DNA from: a bacterium
Lineage (GTDB): Bacteria > Electryoneota > Electryoneia > Electryoneales > Electryoneaceae
Assembly (NCBI GenBank): GCA_963669175.1
Contig: OY769902.1
Location: forward strand, 4,384,001-4,448,000
Direction: 5' to 3'
DNA: 64,000 nt
The position numbers were made by a program, and so were the translations under genes. Position 1 is the first letter of the stretch, and each line of letters starts with the position of its first letter. This document shows positions 56,413 through 64,000 of the stretch, piece by piece. The notes beneath the pieces are model-generated. The model worked only from the letters and a program-made list of their open reading frames with translations, ran no database searches and was not told where the DNA came from.

Positions 56413-57258
56413 TCATTCAAAACCAAACCGTACCAGCACACTGAGGTGGTCCGATGGGTAAAACCCTTCACTAGATGCCTGGTTCAATATGATTTCTGAA
56501 CTTGCGGGGTACAGAGCCCCATCATCGGGAATGAAGATAAAATCACATCGTTTTACAAGGTTATCGCTTGCAAAGGTGAAGCCGTCGTCGTCAGGATGAA
56601 GAGTCGAGAAACAGTCAATGAAAGCCCGATTCGGATTCCCGTTTGTCACAACCTGGTAAGGCGCAGAACCTGGTATACAGTTAAAATCACCGCCAAGAAT
56701 GATAGCGTCGGCGGGATACGCTGTATTGATAGAATCGATGAACGTATGAATTTCCTCTGCCTGCTTTACCCGAATATATTCATGATCGTCACGATAGCTC
56801 AGATGCGTACAGAATACATTTACCAATCCCATTCCAGCATCCGCCTGCACCCAGATTACTTTCCGTTTCAGCGCTCCCGGCGTTAAATCGAGATAGCCAT
56901 ATTGCAGCACCGGATGGCAACTGACAATGGCAATACCCTCCTGGAATTCACCCCATGAAATATCTGTCGGGGAAAAGAAGAAGTCGTATTCAGTTCCTGT
57001 TTGCCCAGACAGGCCCGCTGCCATTGTACGCCCCATGTTGTCCTGACCGTGCCCTTCAACTGTCTCACACACTTCCTGGAGTAGAATGAAGTCAGGCGCC
57101 AACGCACTTAGCTGGTCGATCTGCATTTGCAGACGTTCTTCCCACTGTGTATCCGGCTTCATTCCCATCATGTTACAGGTGACAATGGTAAGGTTGGGCT
57201 GGGCCAACACAATACTGCTGACCAGTACAAATCCAAGAATCATAAGCAGTTTTCGCAT
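56413..57258 (-). CDS. Exported endonuclease/exonuclease/phosphatase (EEP) family protein
   Basis: Signal peptide; LQEV, THL, GDFN, SDH motifs. Confidence 0.9.
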   Translation of the reverse strand: MRKLLMILGFVLVSSIVLAQPNLTIVTCNMMGMKPDTQWEERLQMQIDQLSALAPDFILLQEVCETVEGHGQDNMGRTMAAGLSGQTGTEYDFFFSPTDISWGEFQEGIAIVSCHPVLQYGYLDLTPGALKRKVIWVQADAGMGLVNVFCTHLSYRDDHEYIRVKQAEEIHTFIDSINTAYPADAIILGGDFNCIPGSAPYQVVTNGNPNRAFIDCFSTLHPDDDGFTFASDNLVKRCDFIFIPDDGALYPASSEIILNQASSEGFYPSDHLSVLVRFGFE

Positions 57259-57470
57259 GGATGCGCCTCGTTTTCTGTTGACGGTTCAAGGGAAATGTAC
57301 GATCAATAGCGTTGCGGAACACCCTTCAACACGAGTCTTCATCTTTAAAATCAGCATCCTTCCATCCTCTGTTCTCTTACATATCTTTTGTATCTTTACA
57401 CTTTATGGTGTCAACCAAGATTGACACCTGCGCTGCAACAAAACGCTTTTGCGATCGATTGGAACTGTGC

Positions 57471-58658
57471 ATGAAGAAGCGCATCCTTATTCCCATAGTT
57501 ATTGTTTTTATTCTATTTCTTGCCTGGCGGGTTTATCATCTGGTATCCCCTTCAAAAAAGGATCAGGGTTTCGGGCAGGGCCGTCCGGCGGTTGCGGTCG
57601 AAACAGACAACATCAATCAGGGTCCGATTGAGGATGTCAGGTTGTTCACCGGAACGGTTTTCCCGCTGTATCGTTACCAGGTTGCCTCTAAAGTGGCCGG
57701 TCGTGTTGTTCATTTCAACAAACGAATCGGTGATTACGTTCGTCGTGACGAGACCATCGCAACCCTTGATGACGCAGAATTTCGTCAGTCCATGCTGGAA
57801 GCTGAAGCAAATCTCGCCATCGCCAAAGCCTCCCTGGTGGATGCGAAAGCGCAGTTGGAATTGTCCCAGCGCGAATTTGACCGTGCCCAGTCTTTGCATG
57901 AACAGGGCTTGAATTCACCGTCCGATTTTGATGCCGCCCGTTCGCGCCTGGAAGCCCAGAACGCCAAGCTGAAAGTGGCTGAAGCGCAGGTACTACAACG
58001 CGAAGCGGCATTAGAGGTCGAAAAGATTCAACTGGACTACACGGTTCTCCGAGCTTCGGAACCGGGGTATATTGGCGAACGCCTGGTCGATGAAGGCGCA
58101 CTTCTCTCTGTCAACACACCTTTGGCATCCGTGATTGGAATTGATACGGTTTATATCCGTACTTCCATTATCGAACGTGATTATGGACGTATGCAGATCG
58201 GGCAGGAAGCTTTCATCACGGTTGATGCATTCCCCGAACAAACCTTTTCCGGCCGTGTTTCACGAATCGCGCCCATGCTGCGAGAGGAATCCCGCGTTGC
58301 TGAAATGGAAGTCGTGGTGAAGAATCAGGAACAGCTTCTGAAGCCGGGAATGTACGCTCGTGTTCGTGTCGTCCTTGATTCTCGTGACAATGCCCTGCTG
58401 GTTCCAACCAAAGCGGTTGTCCACAGCGGAAGCCAGAACGGAGTTTTTCTTGTGGTTCCCGGTGAACCGGCAACGGCGAAGTGGGTTCCGGTTGCGACAG
58501 GTATTGTTGGCGAAGCCTATACGGAAATCCTCGATCCGGTAAACATTGAAGGACAGGTAGTTTCCCTGGGGCAACATCTTCTTGAAGACGGCGGGAAAAT
58601 CCTGCTTCCCGATCCTGTCAATTCGCCATCGCAGCCAGGCACGAGCCCAGGGGAATAG
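57471..58658 (+). CDS. RND efflux periplasmic adaptor (membrane fusion protein)
   Basis: Start at ATG 57471; N-terminal anchor, coiled-coil hairpin, LKPGMYARV. Confidence 0.92.
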   Translation: MKKRILIPIVIVFILFLAWRVYHLVSPSKKDQGFGQGRPAVAVETDNINQGPIEDVRLFTGTVFPLYRYQVASKVAGRVVHFNKRIGDYVRRDETIATLDDAEFRQSMLEAEANLAIAKASLVDAKAQLELSQREFDRAQSLHEQGLNSPSDFDAARSRLEAQNAKLKVAEAQVLQREAALEVEKIQLDYTVLRASEPGYIGERLVDEGALLSVNTPLASVIGIDTVYIRTSIIERDYGRMQIGQEAFITVDAFPEQTFSGRVSRIAPMLREESRVAEMEVVVKNQEQLLKPGMYARVRVVLDSRDNALLVPTKAVVHSGSQNGVFLVVPGEPATAKWVPVATGIVGEAYTEILDPVNIEGQVVSLGQHLLEDGGKILLPDPVNSPSQPGTSPGE

Positions 58659-58662
58659 ATCC

Positions 58663-61600
58663 ATGAGTTTCGCAAAAGGCCCAGTCAATCGCCCCATCCT
58701 GACGGCAATGATCTACCTGATTGTGATCATTGTCGGCGCGGTGTCTTTTTTCAGACTTTCCATTGATTTAATGCCGGACATTACTTTCCCGACAATCTCA
58801 ATTTCAACCAGCTATGGCAATGTCGGCCCGGAAGAGATGGAAGAACTGGTCACACGTCCCCTTGAGGAATCCGTTGCCGCGGTACAGGGAGTTGACCAGC
58901 TCACGTCCACCTCCACGGAAGGCAACAGCACAGTCCGGGTATCGTTCACATGGGGTTATAACCTCGAAGAAGCCGCCAATGACATTCGTGAACGTATCGA
59001 CCGGGCTATGCGTCAACTACCGGACGATATTGACGATCGTCCCATGATCCGCAAGTTCGACCTGTCGGCATTCCCGGTTGTCATCCTCGGCGTTGCCAGC
59101 AACCTGAATCCTCTCGATTTACGCCAGATTGTGGATGACCAGGTAAAATACCGTATCGAAAGGGTTGACGGCGTTGCCGCGGTAGATATTCGTGGAGGAC
59201 TGGCACGTGAAATCCATGTGGATCTTGATGCGGAGAAAATTAAGGCGCTCGGGTTGTCCACTACGACCATTCTTGCCATGCTGCAGAATGAGAACCAGAA
59301 CATTCCCGCAGGAACCTATAAAACCGGTAATTTCGAAGTCTTGATTCGCACCCAGGGTGAATTCGCCAGCCTGGATGAAATCCGCAACACCGTCATCGCC
59401 GTACGCAATGGCGCTCCGATACGGATATCCGACTTTGCCACGGTGAGCGATTCGTGGCAGGAAGTGACACGTCTTGTCCGTGTAGACGGTGTTCCGTCGC
59501 TACGTCTGTCCATAAACAAGCAGTCCGGCGCAAATACGGTCCAGGTTGCCGATGCGGTGAAAGCGGAAGTGGAGCGTATCAACCGGGACATTCCGCAGAT
59601 AAAAATTATCCCGTTGATCGATACGTCAACCTATGTGCGAAATTCTATTAACAATGTCGGCAATTCCACCCTTCTGGGCGGCTTACTCGCAGTCCTTATC
59701 CTGTTCCTGTTCCTGCGCAATGTATCCAGTACGCTGATTATTGCCACTGCCATCCCGGTATCCATCATCGCTACTTTCGGCCTGATTTATTTCGGCGGAT
59801 TTACGCTGAACCTGATGACCTTCGGCGGGCTCGCGCTGGGAATCGGGATGCTGGTGGACAACTCCATTGTTGTACTGGAAAACATCTACCGGTTGCGCGA
59901 AGGTGGCATGTCGCCGCGCGATGCGGCGCTGAACGGCACTTCCGAAGTCGGCAGCGCCATTTTTTCAAGTACGGCAACAACCCTGGTCGTTTTCCTGCCG
60001 GTCGTGTTCATGCGGGGCATGTCAGGCATCTATTTCCAGCAACTTGCCTATGTTGTGGCTTTTTCGCTTTCCTGTTCGCTGGTCGTCGCGCTTACCCTTG
60101 TCCCCATGCTGTCGTCCCGTTTCCTGAACTACCGTTCAGACAGCCATGCCGGTTCCGGGCGGTTCTTCGGCAAGATCTACGATGCCAGCGAGCGAACATT
60201 CAAAGCGGTTGAAGCTCAGTACAGCCTGTTACTGGCATGGGCGTTGGATCACAAACGAATTATCATCCTTTCCGCGCTGGGAATCTTCATTGTTTCCATC
60301 ATCCTGATACGGTTTATCGGGGTAGATTTCATGCCCTCAACAGACCAGGGCGAGGTGCGTGTCAGCATTGAGATGGCCGTAGGCACCAGGCTGGAAGTGC
60401 TGGATGAGCTTGTTCGCCGGGTTGAAATGATTGTCGGCAATGAGGTGCCTGAGATAAAGTCTACACTTACGACCGTAGGCGGTGGTGGCTGGCGAAATGC
60501 CGGAGGACACACGGCCGAGATTCGCATGACACTTGTCCCCCTCGCTGAACGTAACCGCAGCAGTGAGCAGATTGCCGATGCCCTCCGTCCAATCCTGAAC
60601 CGCCTTCCCGGCGCAACTATCCGTACCCGACCGGGCCAGGGTTTATTCCTGCTTCGTATGATGTCGGGGGGTGAAGGAGAAAGTGTTACCGTCGAAGTAC
60701 GTGGTCACGATCTGGAAACATCACGCGAGCTGGCCAATCGTGTCAATGATGCGATCAAGGGAATTGAAGGAATCACCGATACGCAAATCAGCCGTGAAGA
60801 AGGCAGACCGGAACAGGTTATCCGGATTGACCGTGCCAAGGCTGCCGATTTGGGTCTGAATGTCGCCACCATCGGCCAGGCGCTTCAGACTGCAATTGGA
60901 GGATCGTACGCCTCCTATTACCGTGATGCCGGAAAGGAATACCGCATCCTGGTGCGATTGAGCGAAGAAGATCGCCAGAACCTGCGGAACCTGCTGGATC
61001 TGACCGTTACCAACAATCGCGGACAGCAGGTAGTGCTGCGTAATGTTGTGGAAGCAGTGCCTCGTGAAGGCCCGGTGCGAATTGAACGAAAGGACCAGGA
61101 ACGCACTGTTTATGTCACCTGCAATTACAGTGGCCGTCCGATGGGCGATGTGATAAATGATGTCCGGGCTAAACTGCATGAAATACCGGTTCCCAAAGAC
61201 TTCTCCGTGATCATCGGCGGCGACTACGAGGAACAGCAGAAAGCTTTCCGTGAACTTCTGCTGGGGCTTATCCTGTCGATTATCCTGATCTACATGGTCA
61301 TGGCGGGACAGTTTGAATCCTTCAAGAATCCACTGGTTGTGCTTTTCTCTGTTCCGATGGCAGTCATCGGGGTGACCTTGACCATGATTCTGAGCGGAAC
61401 CAGCTTCAGCCTGAACGCCTACATCGGCTGTATCATGCTGGGCGGCATCATCGTGAACAACGCTATCCTGCTGGTTGATTACACCAACCTGCTGCGCGGA
61501 CGTGATAACATGCCCCTGTATGATGCGATTCGAACAGCCGGTTCACGACGCCTGCGTCCTATCCTGATGACGACACTTACTACCGTACTCGGCCTGATGC

Positions 61601-61773
61601 CGCTCTCATTCGGCTTCGGCGAAGGTGGGGAGACACAGGCGCCACTGGCGCGGGTTGTAATCGGCGGCTTGATCAGCTCAGCCCTGATCACGCTTGTCTT
61701 GATCCCGGTCGTATATGCGGTGTTCGAACGTAGAAGTGAAGCGCGAAAACTGGCGAAAGAGACCTCGCTGTAA
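58663..61773 (+). CDS. RND efflux permease (AcrB/SwrC-like)
   Basis: NRPI, GMLVDNSIVVLENI, IVNNAILLVD, RLRPILMTTLTT; about 1036 aa. Confidence 0.95.
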   Translation: MSFAKGPVNRPILTAMIYLIVIIVGAVSFFRLSIDLMPDITFPTISISTSYGNVGPEEMEELVTRPLEESVAAVQGVDQLTSTSTEGNSTVRVSFTWGYNLEEAANDIRERIDRAMRQLPDDIDDRPMIRKFDLSAFPVVILGVASNLNPLDLRQIVDDQVKYRIERVDGVAAVDIRGGLAREIHVDLDAEKIKALGLSTTTILAMLQNENQNIPAGTYKTGNFEVLIRTQGEFASLDEIRNTVIAVRNGAPIRISDFATVSDSWQEVTRLVRVDGVPSLRLSINKQSGANTVQVADAVKAEVERINRDIPQIKIIPLIDTSTYVRNSINNVGNSTLLGGLLAVLILFLFLRNVSSTLIIATAIPVSIIATFGLIYFGGFTLNLMTFGGLALGIGMLVDNSIVVLENIYRLREGGMSPRDAALNGTSEVGSAIFSSTATTLVVFLPVVFMRGMSGIYFQQLAYVVAFSLSCSLVVALTLVPMLSSRFLNYRSDSHAGSGRFFGKIYDASERTFKAVEAQYSLLLAWALDHKRIIILSALGIFIVSIILIRFIGVDFMPSTDQGEVRVSIEMAVGTRLEVLDELVRRVEMIVGNEVPEIKSTLTTVGGGGWRNAGGHTAEIRMTLVPLAERNRSSEQIADALRPILNRLPGATIRTRPGQGLFLLRMMSGGEGESVTVEVRGHDLETSRELANRVNDAIKGIEGITDTQISREEGRPEQVIRIDRAKAADLGLNVATIGQALQTAIGGSYASYYRDAGKEYRILVRLSEEDRQNLRNLLDLTVTNNRGQQVVLRNVVEAVPREGPVRIERKDQERTVYVTCNYSGRPMGDVINDVRAKLHEIPVPKDFSVIIGGDYEEQQKAFRELLLGLILSIILIYMVMAGQFESFKNPLVVLFSVPMAVIGVTLTMILSGTSFSLNAYIGCIMLGGIIVNNAILLVDYTNLLRGRDNMPLYDAIRTAGSRRLRPILMTTLTTVLGLMPLSFGFGEGGETQAPLARVVIGGLISSALITLVLIPVVYAVFERRSEARKLAKETSL

Positions 61774-62005
61774 ACAGGATTTTTCAGCCCGGATATTTCA
61801 TGAGTGCGAGGTATTCATTCCCAGAGTGAACATAGACAGGGAATGGTGGCTGTACCCATTTTTTGAAAGCAGGCAGGAATTACACGGAAAAGGGCACAGT
61901 TTCCTTTTCTATGCATACTTCAGGAATGTTCTGCATACACGCGAGGAAAAGAATCCCGTCCTCTTTTCCCGGCAATCTCATTATTGAGTTTACAGCTTCC
62001 TCAGC

Positions 62006-64000
62006 CTATTTGACCAGGACGATCTTCCTGACATCCTGTCCTCTTCCCTGCATCTCAGCAACAATAAAGTAGTTGCCACTGGACAGGCGTGTCAAATCGA
62101 AAGCGAACTGGTGCCTGCCCGCCTGAAAATTGTCTTCTACCAATCCCATGACTTCACGGCCCAGAATGTCAAACAGCTTTACATGCAGCATTCCGGCAGC
62201 AGGCAGGTCAACACTGATTCGTGTAGTGCCATTGAAGGGATTGGGATAGATGGATGAGATTTTGAAATCATCCGGGACCAGGCATTGTGTATGATTCGAT
62301 TCGAGACCATTTACTTCAGCTTGAATCCTCTGTGCAAAAATATCATAGGATGCCATCCGCCCATCCCGCCAGACGGTCAACAAACCATCCTCGCCATCAT
62401 TTGCCAGAAAGATCGTGTATTGAGCGCCATACGTGACTACCAGATCTTGCGGAGTATTATTGTATGAGTTAAAAATGGCGCCATCACTATCCAGATGTAA
62501 ATACTTGTAATCATAATAGTCAGGCCATTCAGCTTCTACTTCAAACACCACCCATGCAGTATTGTCGGAGGTCAGATTCACTTGCCAGTGGTTATGTCCT
62601 TCCAGCTCCACGCCCTCCTCCGGTTCAAACAGAAGGGTTCCTTCGGTGGAAATCTGCTGGAGATAATTTCCGACCAGTATCCAGGCGGAGTTGGCATCCG
62701 GTCCGGTAGACAAAAGTGACCTGGTGTAGTTGGAAATTGGATAGTTAATCGTGACCGGTTCAGGCCATGCCAGGTTACCCAGGGTATCCAGATACGCAAC
62801 CGTATAGGACTGCGAACCGGCTACCGCAAGAAGAAACACGCCATCCCGGGCTGCTGTGATGGACGGATAACAACTCCCCTCCAGGTAATCCAGGTTAATA
62901 CTGGTCAAGTTGCCCGCTTCATCCAGAAGATTAGCTACTAACGTGTTATCCGATCCATATTGAACACAGGAGATGGCTTGTTGAGAATTCAAAGCGCACA
63001 AATGCGATAAGTGAGTAGTACTATCTGCCTCAAAGAACCTGAATGGATAACCGTCAAATGCCCAACATGCTTCACCATCGTTATCGAATTTCTGGTATGC
63101 AATTCCCCTCTCATCATTGATCTGTGCTATCCATGCAACCAGGACATATCCATCATCGAATTGAAGCTGGCCCACGTACGGCATGTCCGTAGATCCCACT
63201 TCCACTCCATTGTCACCCCATAACAATTCGCCATCAGGTCCAATTCTTTGCGCGTGGATAGTGTAACCGTCATCCCCAAGATTGACGTCAGAGACACATG
63301 TCATATTACCCTGATCGTCCAGTAAAACATTGGTTCCTGATATCGAACCTTCCGGGATGTTCTCATACAACTGCCAGGGTTCGCTTGAAGCCTCCCCGCT
63401 TGTCGCATCCAATTTTTGAAGACATATATTGTTCAGACCAGGATATTGCCTGGTGCGGTAAAGTACCCGCACTTCATCTTCAAACTTGGAAATGTGACAC
63501 GGATAAGCATAAATATTTTCTACCTGCCGGAGTATTTGCCCCTCATCTCCGAAGATCGAAGCCCCATTCGAAAGATTGACCCTGTTCATTACTAATATCA
63601 CGTCGCCTTCCACCTGCCCTGGGATATCACCCCAGGTCATGTTTCCCTGACTGTCAATAGCATTTGCCCACTCTTTGTAATAGTAGCTGTCATACTCCAA
63701 CTCAGCAATCACGCACACTTCGCTCGTTTCACCTTCTTCCGTGAGAACAGTTGCCAATAAACCTGAGTAATATGAATCATACCGATTGTCGAAGATCCAC
63801 ATTCGAATTGCCATGCTGCCATCTTCCAGAAGCACACATGGAAAAATTGCTTCGTAGTCTTCATCGTTTGAAACACTATGCAGCAGGACTTCGCCATCTT
63901 CCCAGGCGATACTCAGTTCCTCTTCTCCATAAATGACCTGTGCAAAAAGACTGTCAAAATCCTCCCAGGTCACCAGGGCCCTTTCATCCGGCAAAGAATG
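62006..64000 (-). CDS. Large exported protein with T9SS-type C-terminal sorting domain (5'-truncated)
   Basis: Frame open to the window edge; repeated 'W.D.R...DIFAQRI' / 'AQRI..DG..LWG' units; C-terminus YPNPFN...FDILGREV...SSGNYF...KIVLVK. Confidence 0.87.
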   Translation of the reverse strand, partial: HSLPDERALVTWEDFDSLFAQVIYGEEELSIAWEDGEVLLHSVSNDEDYEAIFPCVLLEDGSMAIRMWIFDNRYDSYYSGLLATVLTEEGETSEVCVIAELEYDSYYYKEWANAIDSQGNMTWGDIPGQVEGDVILVMNRVNLSNGASIFGDEGQILRQVENIYAYPCHISKFEDEVRVLYRTRQYPGLNNICLQKLDATSGEASSEPWQLYENIPEGSISGTNVLLDDQGNMTCVSDVNLGDDGYTIHAQRIGPDGELLWGDNGVEVGSTDMPYVGQLQFDDGYVLVAWIAQINDERGIAYQKFDNDGEACWAFDGYPFRFFEADSTTHLSHLCALNSQQAISCVQYGSDNTLVANLLDEAGNLTSINLDYLEGSCYPSITAARDGVFLLAVAGSQSYTVAYLDTLGNLAWPEPVTINYPISNYTRSLLSTGPDANSAWILVGNYLQQISTEGTLLFEPEEGVELEGHNHWQVNLTSDNTAWVVFEVEAEWPDYYDYKYLHLDSDGAIFNSYNNTPQDLVVTYGAQYTIFLANDGEDGLLTVWRDGRMASYDIFAQRIQAEVNGLESNHTQCLVPDDFKISSIYPNPFNGTTRISVDLPAAGMLHVKLFDILGREVMGLVEDNFQAGRHQFAFDLTRLSSGNYFIVAEMQGRGQDVRKIVLVK

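Noticed and set aside
57471-61773. RND pair lacking an outer-membrane factor gene
   Set aside because: Common arrangement; TolC-like channels are often encoded elsewhere.
61774-62005. Several short hairpins between convergent genes (e.g. GGAAAAGA...TCTTTTCC)
   Set aside because: Stems of only 7-8 bp with no clear U-tract or recognisable ncRNA; not enough support to call.

Overview
Bacterial DNA, most likely from an FCB-group lineage outside Bacteroidota (inference): it has proteins with 'PNPFN...YDILGRE' C-terminal sorting domains, but sigma70-type TTGACA promoters and GGAGG ribosome-binding sites. Five regions. (1) 1-25132 (-): one uninterrupted reading frame of at least 8,377 codons that runs off the left edge and is missing from the supplied ORF track. 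It encodes a signal peptide, a non-repetitive head of about 430 aa and about 78-79 tandem ~100-aa FnIII-like 'DPDGD' repeats. Two exported or lipoprotein genes lie upstream. (2) 27865-35119 (+): a seven-gene operon encoding a sorting-domain protein, a beta-barrel, a small Cys-containing exported protein, a stand-alone PqqD/RRE, an ATP-grasp ligase, a LysA-like PLP decarboxylase and a urea-transporter/M23-peptidase fusion. No precursor peptide is evident, but the decarboxylase starts with a lasso-leader-like RRE-binding motif (MAKKPYVKPTI). This is the best candidate for an undescribed system. (3) 35116-40203: ygiQ radical SAM, a sodium:solute symporter and hypotheticals. (4) 40296-56111 (-): amino/deoxy-sugar biosynthesis including an NDP-hexose 2,3-dehydratase, plus a GT2 / small-flippase / GT-C lipid-carrier glycosylation set. 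(5) An exported EEP phosphoesterase, an RND efflux pair and a 5'-truncated sorting-domain protein. No RNA genes, CRISPR arrays or mobile elements were recognised. All family assignments come from motif reading, not database searches.
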